64,000 nt of DNA. Source: Eledone cirrhosa. Lineage: Eukaryota. The stretch spans positions 115,134,001 to 115,198,000 of the forward strand of contig OZ024743.1 in the NCBI GenBank assembly GCA_964016885.1, in the 5' to 3' direction. Below, one piece after another: positions 1 to 13,109 of the stretch. The position numbers were made by a program, and so were the translations under genes. Within the stretch, counting starts at the first letter, position 1. Each line of letters opens with the position of its first letter. The notes beneath the pieces were generated by a model. That model was not told where the DNA came from, made no database searches, and saw only the letters and a program-made list of their open reading frames with translations.

Positions 1-2446
1 GGTGTGTGTTTTGTACATATGTTTGTGACAGTGTCTACAAAGATCTGCCAAGATGTTTTGATGTTGGTGGAAGTGTGTGCGTCTGTAAAAGACCAGTCGA
101 CATGTGATAGTTCGTTCATAATTGCATCCCAGTTGGCATTGTAGAGATCCATGTTATCAAATGGGTGGGCTGGAGAGAGAGGACCCTGGGATTAGCTTTC
201 GGCTGGTGGAATCTCAGGTTACAAAGAACCATGTCATGGTCTGAGAGAAGGCTTTTTTCCACTGTAATATTATGTTTAGTGTTAGTGTGGTTACTAAACA
301 CTAGATCCAGAATGTTATTATGATGCCTCGTTGGTGCAAGGACAAGTTGTGACAAGAAAAACTCATTCATGAAGTTAAGAAGTCACTCGACAGCCTCTTT
401 GTCAGTGGTTGAGGCTGTGGGGCCTGGTTTCAAACTACATGTAGACCAATCGACACAGGGTAGATTAAAGTCTCCCATCAAAAGTATGTTGCTAGAATGG
501 CATTGTTTGATAAAGCATTTAATACTGTTGAGGCATTCTTTGAAACAGATTATGGGTGTTTGTTGCGACCTATAGAGCCCAACTAATGTCAGGTCATTGG
601 CTTTATTGTGCACAGTGACCGATTCACAGTATCTATTAGAGAATGTTGTGTTGCCATCTGCCATAAAGGAATCATGCAGGAAAATGTCAGTTCCACCCTT
701 CCTTCTGCCAACACGATCCGCACGGATGGTTGTGAAATTTCTCACTCTTACTTCGGCCTCCAAGTGGGAGTTGTCAAGGTGGGTCTCAGTAAGAATGAAG
801 AAGGGGATGTGAAATGGATGGTTACCAACCCAATCCTCAATGAATTGGATCTTCCATTTCTGTGCATTGATGGATGGGCTGATACCTTGTGTATTGAGTA
901 AGAATGTGGAGGCTAGTGTGGTGGCTGGTTTTGACTGTTGCAGGGGGCTTGTTTTGTGATTGTGTGTTAGTGACAGCAATGTTGGTGTTTGGTGATGGCT
1001 AAAATGTTTTTCTCTATCTCTTTTGCCAGGTTCATGGCTAAAAAAGAAAGATTTTGTTTTTGTTCAGGGAGCAGTTTTTGATTAGATTTGTGGTTTAAAC
1101 ATTGGATAGGGTTGCAGTTCCCTCTTTTGTTGTTGTTGTATTTGTTGTAATTGTGTCTTTGTGAAAAGACTGGAGCAGCGTTATTTTTGTTGTTGTATTT
1201 GTTGTTGTTGTGATCGTGTCTTTGTGACAAGACTGGAGCAGCATTACTTTTGTTGTTGTAATCATGTCTTTGTGAGGAGACTGGAGCAGCATTACCGCAG
1301 CAGGGGGTGGCTTTATTGTGGTTTCTGGGTTGGCATAAAGCCCCTTTTCTGTTCGTGCGTTGTGTCCCAGGAAGGGACAGTCAGTCAGCAGACGTAGCCT
1401 CTCACGTTGGGAATGATGGCAGATTTGGGGACTGCGACCTATACGTGCAGGCAGCGTGTTTTGGTGATGGCTGGCAGTGTTAGTGCGCCTAGTACCCGGT
1501 AAATGGGTAAATATACAGTCGCTACGTGTGCATAGCCTCTGACCTAGTGAGTAGCGGCATATTTGGGGGTTTCTAGTATGTGTAGTGGGAGGTGCATACA
1601 GCTCCATAGAACTTTTTTTTAATAGTTCTTTTGACTATGGCATGGTTGTGGTGGTGATGTGGGGGAAGAAAGCATTGGTGGTGATGATGATGATGACAAC
1701 TGTGGTGGGAGAGAGAGCAGTGGTCCATTACTAGCAGTTGGTGTGGCAGAGGGTGTAGGTGTGGCAGGAGACGGTGACGGTGGTGATGGTGATGGCGATA
1801 ATGATGGCTGAGTGAGTAGCTGAGTGATACTGTCATTTAGTAGTTCAGCGATTATGCTTGAATTCAGTAGTGGTTGGTCCTGGCTTTCTGGCTGTTGTTG
1901 TTGTTGTGTTTGTCCATTAGAGTAAATATATCGAAGTTTTTCAAAATGGTTTTGAATTAGTTTGAAAGAGACTTCGACGTGTTTTAGTTTGTTGTGTATC
2001 CGCTTAGCAGATCTCGTCGTAAATGTTTGGGCTGTTTTTTCAGCAATTTCATTTAGACATGAAGCGTTAATGTTTGATGTTTGTGTCAGAGAAAACCATG
2101 TGTTTATTAAGAGGTCAATTTCATTTTCAGACCAATTTCGTCCGTTGTGAGCTTGCTGGTCAGTAGTCATATTTTTTTAAATTTTTTTTTTTAAATTATT
2201 ATTATCCTTGTGTGCGTTTTAAGATATTTGTTATTTGATACGTGAGAGAGACTGGTTATTTGAAGAAATTAAAGAATCGCGTATATATATATATATTTTT
2301 TCTCTCTTATGGATGTGAGTTTGTTTTGAGGATGTTAATAGTTTTTGGTTATTTGGTTGTTTGAAGATAGCCAAGGAAAAACGAGTGTATATAATACTAT
2401 TTGAAAAACGGGTGTATTTAATATTATTTGAGGAAATTAAAGAATC

Positions 2447-2516
<70 letters not shown>

Positions 2517-2815
2517 TCTCTTATGGATGTGAATTTGGTTGTTTGAGGATGTTAATAGTTTTTGGTCATTTGGTTGTTTGAAGATATCCAAGGAAAAACG
2601 AGTGTATATAATAGTTTGTAGTTAAGAAGACATACTTGCGAGTTTGTAGGGAAAGCACGTGTATTTGTATATGCTTTTTTTTCCCTTATGTGAGTGAGCA
2701 TTTGGTTATTTGAAGATATTAAGGTAGCGTATATATATAGATGTACATTCTCTTTTATAGATGTGAGATTTGGTTATTTGGTTGTTTGGTTGTTTAAGGC
2801 GTATATATATATATA
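1..2815 (-). mobile_element. LINE (CR1/L2/Jockey group), 5' half: 5'UTR, frameshifted ORF1 and APE endonuclease of ORF2; runs off the window start
   Basis: ORF2 motifs LTETHL, RADR..R.KGG, GDFNLP.VDW, PTR..NILDLVFSN and SDHD in ORFs 383..979 and 116..370. ORF1 pieces lie at 967-2170. Confidence 0.9.
2256..2800. repeat. Degenerate tandem monomers upstream of LINE ORF1
   Basis: The unit ttatttga.gaaattaaagaatcg..(TA)n..ttctctcttatggatgtga..gaggatgttaatagtttttgg..tttgaagata.ccaaggaaaaacgagtgtatataata starts at ~2256 and ~2424, with a decayed copy at ~2705. Confidence 0.75.
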
Positions 2816-2901
2816 TGTGTATTAACTTCTCGCTGCAGTGAGTACTGCCTCAAATAATTCGATAAAAACCAAGAAAAGCGATTATTAATACAAATAGGTT
2901 G

Positions 2902-3085
<184 letters not shown>

Positions 3086-3348
3086 ACGAAAAAAATGAAA
3101 CGAAATTTCATTTCCCACTCTTAGTACGGCTGTTACTTAAATATAAGTATGTTCACGTACATACATATATGTATACAGACGTACAATAGTATGTATATAT
3201 ATATACATATATGCACACATATATATATGTACGTATGGATTCACCGAACATTTATTATAATGCTCGGTGTGTTTGTAAACAAACAGCCCATATTAAGCCG
3301 TAGTGTCTAGCAACCATCGTAGCTCGTTTGTTCAACACTGACAAAGGA

Positions 3349-3391
3349 ACGCTGTACTAGTTTCAAGCTTATTAGCTATCGTCAGCAACGT
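3349..3391 (-). ncRNA. Minimal hammerhead motif (family A, inverted copy)
   Basis: Reverse complement of 3608-3650. Confidence 0.7.
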
Positions 3392-3607
3392 ATACCTTCC
3401 TGCCATACGTATATGTATTTACGTGTACATACTTATATTTAAGTAACAGCCGTACTAAGGGTGGGAAATGAAATTTCGTTTTATCTTTTCCTTTTATCGT
3501 TTTCGGGGCACCCGGCCGATTAACCCACTCGATACGCAAATTGGGCTACTCAGCCGTTAATATGTATAAGGTAGGTATATACGTTCAACCATCTGGCAGG
3601 AAGGTAT

Positions 3608-3650
3608 ACGTTGCTGACGATAGCTAATAAGCTTGAAACTAGTACAGCGT
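3608..3650 (+). ncRNA. Minimal type-I hammerhead ribozyme motif (family A)
   Basis: acgttg-CTGACGA-t-agct-aata-agct-t-GAAA-ctag-TA-cagcgt. Stem I is 6 bp, stem III is the palindrome ACUAGU, and the triplet is GUA. Confidence 0.7.
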
Positions 3651-3840
3651 TCCTTTGTCAGTGTTGAACAAACGAGCAACGATGGTTGCTAGACACTACG
3701 GCTTAATACGGGATGTTTGTTTACAAACACACCGAGCATTATAATAAATGTTCGGTGAATCCATACGTACATATATATATATGTGTGTGCATGCATGTAT
3801 ATATATATATATATATATATACATACTATTGTACGTCTGT

Positions 3841-4324
<484 letters not shown>

Positions 4325-4830
4325 ACCTATTTGTATTAATAATCGCTTTTCGTGGTTTCACTATCTTAACTTTGTGATTAGTCTGGACGATATATTAGCT
4401 TCTAGGTCCAGTGAGTACTTTATGATGTCCACAAATAATTCGAGTAGTACCTGTTATATTTCGATTACAACTTGCCCTAAATTTATTTATATCCTCCGGG
4501 AAAAACCACATGAATTTTGAATCAAAAATTGATTTACATTATCAATGTAGTTTCTCTTATATCGTACCTTCAGTTTAATTTCACTTCTTATTCAAAAGAA
4601 TGAGTGCTACGCTTATACACACTATAGTCTCTCCGAAACTGGTTGAGGGGCCCAAGTTTGTCAACCTCTATATATATGTAAACTATTTGTATTTCTCATC
4701 GATTTTCTTGGTGTCAAATTCTTAACTGTGTGTTTACTCTGGACGATGTATTAACTTCTCGCTGCAGTGAGTACTGCCTCAAATAATTCGATAAATACCT
4801 GCTATATTTTGGTTACCAACTTCGATTCAA

Positions 4831-4981
4831 ATTGGCAGTATCGGTAGAGGGTCGGACATGCTTTACGTTCTGAGTTCAAATCCCGCCGAGGTTAGATTTG
4901 CCTTTCATCCTTACGGGGTCGATAAAATATAGTACCTGTAATGTACTGGGTAATTGCTGACATTGTGCCAAAAGTAGAAAC

Positions 4982-4987
<6 letters not shown>
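4831..4987 (+). mobile_element. tRNA-derived SINE (dominant octopus-type family)
   Basis: A-box-like ttggcagtatcggtagag, B-box gagttcaaatcc, core cctttcatccttacggggtcgataaa, 3' end gtagaaacaattat. Further copies at ~5352-5510(-), 7553-7686(-), 8282-8436(+), 30409-30588(+), 37795-37945(-), 48330-48545(-), 52890-53095(+), 54015-54400(-) and 60901-61086(+). Confidence 0.85.
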
Positions 4988-5018
<31 letters not shown>

Positions 5019-5085
5019 GACATGTTATCACTGAAATACTAGGACTGACTTTCATATAAGATCGGCTCTCATTCGAGTAGGTTCG

Positions 5086-5196
<111 letters not shown>

Positions 5197-5737
5197 CAAA
5201 ACCTATAATTTGTATATTATATAAATGTACACATTGAGTGTGCAAATATGTAAGCATGCCAAATACGTATTTCCCTGTACTCTTTAGTCGCTTTCATGAA
5301 AAAGTTTAAAAATAAAATGAAATACAAAAGAAATTCAAACTCGAACAACAATAATTGATTCTACTTTTGGCACAAGGCCATCAATTACCCAGTACATTAC
5401 TGGTACTTTATTTTATCAACCACCGAAAGAATGAAAGGCAAAGTGAACCTCGGCGGGATTTGAACTCAGACCGTAAAGGGACGTAATTATGCTGGAAAGC
5501 ATGGCGTCCGACAAACAACAATAATAGTCTGCCAGTAATGTGAGTGAGGAAACTGTAGTTTTGGGATTGTTATTTAATTTATGAAACACTGCGGGGATTT
5601 AGATTATTAGGTAGTTAATTAATACATTGTTTTGCGATCATTTCAGAGAGCGACATTATCGATGGCATATTCACATCAACACTACGTCGAATTCCCAAAT
5701 GGTTAAGATTCCTACACTGATTAGGTATAGCACTAGC

Positions 5738-5772
<35 letters not shown>

Positions 5773-5812
5773 GAAACGGCCGGAGCTCAGCCGTCGGAAT
5801 CCTGACTCTTTT

Positions 5813-5852
<40 letters not shown>

Positions 5853-5981
5853 AGGATAGCATTAATAAAAAATACCGATATTTCATAAATCATTTATTCA
5901 TTATTTATACGATTCCATTATGCAAGCCATGATGTAAAGCACGCATTTGTTGTTATGGGAACGATAATATATATATATATG

Positions 5982-6118
<137 letters not shown>

Positions 6119-6695
6119 ATAAATATGTAAAGATGACAGTCAAATACATGAATCTGAATGTAGATACACCTAGAACAAACGCATAGTAAGGTCTAAATGT
6201 TCCTACACGTAAATAATACACTCCGAAAATGAAGCCAATAATAAATAAAACACCCATCGAATGCCAAGCCAAACCCGTAACTACTACATCGATTAAAATA
6301 CACCTAATTACAAACTAAATATCTAGATTGAAGACATCATTCATTTTTCATCCCTCAGACGTCATCCATATTTTCCTAACTCAAACTCAGTAAACCCAAC
6401 CACCAATCCGCTCTAAATATCAGTACAGGGAGACAGACATTTTTAAGTCTCAGCCCTCATATTATTATCTGCAGTAACTGCGACCCCATTACGTGATAAC
6501 TTACACCAACCAGACACACCCCCGTTACTAACAGATAAACTCATTTAAACGCCATCCCGCTTAATAAACTTACATCTCTGCCATTAGCATTAATCCCAAA
6601 GAAACTAATGCTGAACCATTTGAAATTGTAAATATTTCTTAAATGCATAAAACGTAATCTACTTTTAAAAATAATACAAATGCCACACACACACG

Positions 6696-6737
<42 letters not shown>

Positions 6738-6839
6738 AATATATATATATACACATGGAGAGATAGAGAGAGAGAGAGAGAGAGGGAGGGAGAGAGAGTG
6801 GGAGAAAAGAGAGAGATATGTCAATCTACTCAGATGATG

Positions 6840-7500
6840 ATGAATGATGGTGGTTTCTCGTCTTTCCTAAACTGCGTTACTACGCCCCGGCTCACAGAAT
6901 TGGGCATACTCCCGTTCTAGTGCCAAATACAGTAGACTACTTCGAGGAAATCGGAGAACAAGTCAGGCATATCCACGTAAAACCCATACGGCAGACTATC
7001 CAAAGCCGGTGAGTTGCTGTTATCGGTTTTTCGCAACACTCCGCGAGAGCTGCAGCCTAACGTCAATGTAGGAACTGAAGTCTAGCACTGTCTGTGAGCG
7101 CTTGCTCTTCTGAACTGTCGAGCAATGTGCCGGTGATATGCAGCAAACATATGCTTGGAATCGACACGCACGCCTCCGCCTCGGTCCGTCTCTGTAGGCT
7201 TTACGCACCGGGATCGACGCGTTAAGCATCAAGTAACCTGGTCCCTGCCTATGTGTTCTATTCAGGTCGACCATGCAGTTCACAAATTTGTGATCTGCAT
7301 CAGTAACATACACTCCACGTCCACCATCTTACTATTTTTAAAAGAAAACTTGAGGGGCGTGTTTGACAAATAAACTCCTATTTAGCCCACAAAGGCTGCC
7401 GATAGAGAAATACTAGTTTACAAAGATATTGGTTTGTTGAACTTCAAAACAGTAACAAATTTTCAATACAATAGGTGAAATAAGTGGAGAAATATAGCAA
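6840..7500 (-). mobile_element. Decayed Tx1/L1-type ORF2 fragment (end of APE domain)
   Basis: ORF 7020..7313 reads DADHKFVNCMVDLNRTHRQGPGYLMLNASI, resembling the SDH...GPGYWKLN.S motif of L1/Tx1 elements. The region is a GC-rich island. Confidence 0.6.
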
Positions 7501-10133
7501 ACTTACACGTGTGGTGTGAACCACGTCTCGAAATATTTAACAACAAACATAATAATTGTTTCTACTTTTTGGCACAAGGCCAGCAATTACTCAGTGCATT
7601 ACTGGTACTTTATTTCATCGACTCCGTAAGTATGAAAGGCAAAGTTGACCTTGGCGGGATTCGAACTCAGAATAGCAAGGGCCGTAACAACAAACATAAT
7701 AATGATGATAATAATGATGATGATGATGATGGTGATGGTGATAATGATGATGATGATAGTAATAATAATAATAAGAAGAATCTTATTTAGCCAATAAGAA
7801 CAATTACATAATCCTTATATATACATACATTTACAATTAACGTTAAAATCTAAAATCTAACGTAGAAAAAGTTATAGAGGAAGAAGCAACCTCAGTACTT
7901 GATTGGTAAGTGGTTTTTTATTGACATCTAATGATGAAAGACAAAGTTAACCTCGGCGGGATTTGAACTCAGAGCACAGAAAGTCAGTACGAAAACCCAA
8001 CGCATTCTATTCGACCTTCTAACGCCGCTCTCAATTCGCTGTCTACATAGATTATATTAAATTATTATGAGAAGTGGTGTTTGTAATACCTCAAGTTTGA
8101 GGATAGTGGTTTAATAAGTTTAACTTTATTTTTTGCCTATTCCCCAGGTATTCGTTTTTAACCTGTAATTGTAGGCAGGGATGTTTTTTTTAAAGTCTTT
8201 TTGAAGTGTTCCTACATTCAGGCCTTATTTGTTTTTCGCTTATTAGGATATCTCTCAAAAATCCATTGCACCGCATTATTCATGCTTTCCAGCATAGAGT
8301 TACGTCCCTTCAGGGTCTGAGTTCAAATCCCGCTGAGGTTAACTTTGCCTTTGATCCTTACGGGGTCGATAAAATAAAATACAAGTAATGCACTGGGATA
8401 ATTGCTAGCCTTGTGCAAAAAGTAGAAACAATTATTCATATTTTCTTAATGAGAGATTTGTTAGATTTTCGAATGACTGAATCTAATATCGTCTTCATCA
8501 TTGTCATCTGGTTGTGTTTTACACGACTTTTGTTCGTGTTAGCCTTTTCTCTTCTGTTGGATTCACTTCCTTTCTCTTTTTCCGGCTCTCTTAATTTCCT
8601 CTTGGACCTCTCTTGTGTCCTCATTGTCACAAATTGATACGAGAGGTGCTGTTAGATGCAGGAAAGGTGACCACGTGCTCGTCAGCTTCATGAACCAAAG
8701 ATGCCAGGCGACAACCTGACCCTTCTCCGATGCAAATTCAATGCTGCTTGCTGTTATTGCATTTGTCCACTACTTTCTCAATCGATTTCCTCCTGATTTT
8801 CAATGCTGGCAATGGATAGGGAAGGGTTCCTTCCTGAATGAGACAATTTCTTCCACCAATACTGGGCTTTTTGTTGGCGTTGCTATTGGAGTTATGGTCA
8901 CCTAGTATGGTGGCGTCTGATCCGACGATCGACTGGTCTAGCAGTTGCCTGGTCATGCACTCGCATGAATCAACGGTTGTTACTGAGGGCCATTTAGTGT
9001 TTTTCATTCCCCGCGGCACTAAACTTTTAATTGACTTTTACTGGATCTGTACTAAACGTTCGAATATAAGTCCTCAAATCACAGACTTTAAACGATACTA
9101 GAGAATCTTCCTCCAAACTAGGGAAAAAAACCACACTGCGTGATTTGTTGTATCCCCAACAAAAGTCCACGTTACTCTGACATTCCAAATGGATCCATTA
9201 TCCGTGTTTCTACCGCATACATACATCACCATAAATAAGGTAAAACCACTTGGCTACGCGATTGTTGCCACACTCGTTTATATTGCGTACAATTTATTGG
9301 AAAGAAGTACCTACATCTTCAGCCTTATCTTCTTAAGTGCTATTTGAAGATTTTGCTGAGTTTTTCAAGAGAGCTAAAGATCCATTCACAAACCCTCTAA
9401 ATGCAATTACCATATCCCTTCCTTTGTCACATCTATCAGAAAGAGAGACCCTACTCGTACCTCCTTACCAACTGAAGGCGGTAGTTCAATTTTGACAATA
9501 GATTGGGTCAACAAGATGATCCTACATGTGAACATGGCTTATCTTTATCATTCACTTTTATATTCTTTCACACTAAATTCCTCAATAATTTCTTCAAGTA
9601 CCATTTATAAAAGAAAATAAGTGAGGAGTGTATTTTCCCTGTAAGTTTGATAAGATGTGGTTAAATGTGGCGAGTAGGGCCCGGGTGAATGGACCTATTC
9701 TCAGCTTGCACAGATGAACCGGAAACCACAACTGAGAGAAAACTCTTACTCTTTTTCTAAGGGCAATTCAATATTTGTGCAATTCCCTGATTGTCTGTAG
9801 ATATCTGTCACTCTATTGGATTGTCTAAATTAATTTGCTTTGTATTCTTTTGTTATTCACGATTACCTTTTTCATAAATGATTCTGCGCAAGTCTCATCG
9901 GTTTTTGGCATTTGTCCTTGTAATGCTCATTATGTTAACCCTTGTGGTAGACAAAAAATAATTATTATTAAATTGATATACAGAAAAGAAGAACGATACA
10001 AAAAATATTATTATTATCATTATTATTATTGTTGTTGTTGTTATTGCTATTATTATTATAATAATTCTGTCTATCTATCTATCTCCCCCCTTTCTCTGTT
10101 TGTATATATATATATATATAGATATATATATAA

Positions 10134-10330
10134 TAAAAGGGGAGTGGTAAGATACCAGGTGGACCATAAATCACCAGAGTACTCAATACTTAGGGTAGTA
10201 GACTGGGTAATATGAAAAGAGTCAGGACAGGGACGGCTGACCTCTGGCCGTTTCGACAGCTAGATCCGAAATGTCAGGATCCAGCTGTCGAAACGGCCGG
10301 GGCTCATCGTCGGGTCCTGACTCTTTTCAT
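10134..10330. mobile_element. Fold-back pLTR-like element, family C
   Basis: atgaaaagagtcaggac...ggccgtttcgacagct pairs with agctgtcgaaacggcc...gtcctgactcttttcat. Related pieces at 5769-5815, 15741-15925 and 23880-23980. Confidence 0.65.
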
Positions 10331-10891
10331 ATATATATATACGTAGAATTCAAATGTATATTAGTTGAAGATATCCACATGTATCAAAGTAAATGCGTAC
10401 TGGATGTAATGTTTGTTCAATGTGATTTCAACAGAAATATAAATGTGATATTAAAAGTGAAAATAAAAATAAAATAACGCCACACATTCTTCAAAGAAGT
10501 ATATTTTATTTCATTATTGATAATTGATATACTTATTGGAAAAGGGTTGAAAACATTTGAAAAACAAATATTGAAAATGTAATAAATTATGGATTTATAG
10601 TAGGAGAATTGCTTGTCGAATACATAGTGTTATATAGGGAATATAATAATGGTATATATATATGTAATATAATATGATGAAAAACTGAGTTTATTTGTGT
10701 AACAAGTTGATGAAACCTCCACAGGATTATTTAAAAACAATATATTAGCGAGATACTCAAAGATCAGCCAATAGAAAATATTGGGAAATAAAGAGGATGC
10801 AGTTTTGTATCGGTAAAACCACCTCCTAAACGTAACGCACTTGTTCAGACCCTATTAGGTCACATCGAATCATATTGGGAAGGCTTGGAAG

Positions 10892-10937
<46 letters not shown>

Positions 10938-11165
10938 GGAAAAAATGAAACGAAATTTCATTTCCCACTCTTACTACGGCTGTTACTTAAATATAAGTAT
11001 GTACACGTACATACATATATGTATAAAGACGTATAGTAGTATGTATATATATATACATACATGCACACATATATACGTACATATATATATGTGTGCATGT
11101 ATGTATATATATATACATACTACTGTACGTCTGTATACATATATGTATGTACGTGTACATACTTA

Positions 11166-11200
<35 letters not shown>

Positions 11201-11329
11201 GTGTATAATGGTAGCTATGGTGCTTCCATAGGCGGTATGCCAAAATTAGCACTCGATATTCAGCAGAGTAGAGTGTAGATAGTATAATGAAAACGAAAAA
11301 TCAGTGATGCATCTGGACTTAGTTTATTG

Positions 11330-11420
11330 CGTGTTACAAATCTTTCGCCGGCAGGTAGCTTGAGACATGGTCCTTGTATGGATCTGGCGGATTCTACTTC
11401 TGCGGCTTCTTTCAGACACG
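11330..11420 (-). ncRNA. Degenerate hammerhead motif with extended stem II, inside a partial-tandem element (~11195-11640)
   Basis: cgtgt-CTGAAAGA-a-gccgcag...ctgccggc-GAAA-gatttg-TA-acacg. Stem I is a perfect 5 bp. A ~45-bp direct repeat lies at ~11297 and ~11592. Confidence 0.5.
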
Positions 11421-11656
11421 GGTGTTTCGTCTGGAGCAAATTTTATCACTGGGGTGTTATCATAAAAAAAACACCCTAAAAAACCCTACTTCCACTCTTG
11501 TCATGCCATTGGCTGTTTTTACTCCACGTCATCACAAGTTCTAGTCAGTATCTGCTGCCACACGGTTCCTCAGCCATATATAGTATAAAGAAAACCAGTG
11601 ATGCATCTGGACTTAATTTATTGCGTGTTACAAATCTTTATATGTATAAATCTTTA

Positions 11657-11726
<70 letters not shown>

Positions 11727-11731
<5 letters not shown>

Positions 11732-12030
11732 CGTTTATGAATTTGTTTTGCGGGATTTCTCATCAGAAAACGTGTGTTGAAACAGACATTGTGATATTTT
11801 GGGAGGGACTTGTTGCCAATAAAAACACATGCACCTTGATTTTCACTTCAATTTATTATAACTCTTAGGCTAGACACAAAACCAAGATGGTGTAGGACAG
11901 AACAAAGGAGAAACACATAAAATAAAAACTTAGTCACTGAGGAGATCACAGAATGCGTGACGAAAGAGCTTTGACAATATATAAACAACCTTCCGGTTAC
12001 AAACCGACTAACCAGCCAACCGGAAACAAA
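11727..12030 (+). repeat. Dispersed TA-associated repeat, family D
   Basis: attcgttt.tgaatttgttt...gaaaacgtgtgttgaaac.ga.attgt...ggagggtcatgttg. Also at 24240-24370 and 28665-28930, both with fold-back arms. Confidence 0.65.
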
Positions 12031-12149
12031 CATACATACATACTCCCTCACACACACACACACATATATATATATATGTGTGTGGGTGGGTGGAGGTGGG
12101 GGGTGTTTCTAGAACCACAAGTAATAAATGTATTCATTTAAATTTAAAA

Positions 12150-12740
12150 TTTAAGTGAATACATTTATTATTTGATGTTCGATCAACAAGTATATAATTC
12201 TAGTTTTTGTTTCTCAACTTGGTATATGAGAAATACTTTTTGATATATCCTTTGAATTTGTAAATAATATGTTCTGAGTTTAATGTCCATTGAGTTCTCT
12301 ATGTTGAGTAATATAAATAAATCGTATATTTTTACATATATATGGATTAAACAAAATTATTGTGTATAATTTCTCCAAATGTTATATTTGTGGAACTGCC
12401 ATATAGCTGCTCTCTTGGCTGCTATTTTTAGCGCTCTTCATGACCAGTGCAGTAAAATATCTGCCCTTCTGTAAGACATTAAATTTTGGCACCATGTACT
12501 TTTATTTTTATTGCCTTGCTTCGACAGATTGGTAATTACTATACAATTGGAAATTTATATAGATTATTATCCGATGGTATTACTGAGGAAATGGAACTGT
12601 TCCCGTGGTCTTGATGAGGTTTTTAATAAATATCGATAATTTGTGATTGATAGTAATCTTTAAAATCGATTATAAACATCGATAGATCCTTTAAGTTCGT
12701 AAAATGTATGATCTGAATATATTGAGCTTTCTGTGTTGCG
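12150..12740 (-). mobile_element. Highly decayed Penelope-like RT remnant
   Basis: One minus frame reads FTNLKDLSMFIIDFKDYYQS, resembling the F..fDI.dFYPSI RT motif. Many stops. Confidence 0.3.
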
Positions 12741-12803
12741 CAACATAATCAATATATATTCTTTTATATATATGGATTAAACTAAATTACTGCATACACT
12801 CAG

Positions 12804-12906
<103 letters not shown>

Positions 12907-12934
12907 TGTGTGTGTGTCTGTGTGTGTATATATA

Positions 12935-12986
<52 letters not shown>

Positions 12987-13024
12987 TATATATATACACA
13001 CACAAAGACACACACACACACACA

Positions 13025-13078
<54 letters not shown>

Positions 13079-13109
13079 TATTTATATATATATATATTTG
13101 TATGAGTAT

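Noticed and set aside
8430-9750. Coding-like minus-strand stretch with a K/E-rich end, possibly a pogo/DDE remnant
   Set aside because: No diagnostic motif was recognised.
10750-10830. Minus-strand peptide ...LFPNIFYWLIF resembling the end of TM4
   Set aside because: The upstream residues lack D..SR..FP..F and no convincing acceptor was seen, so it is likely chance.
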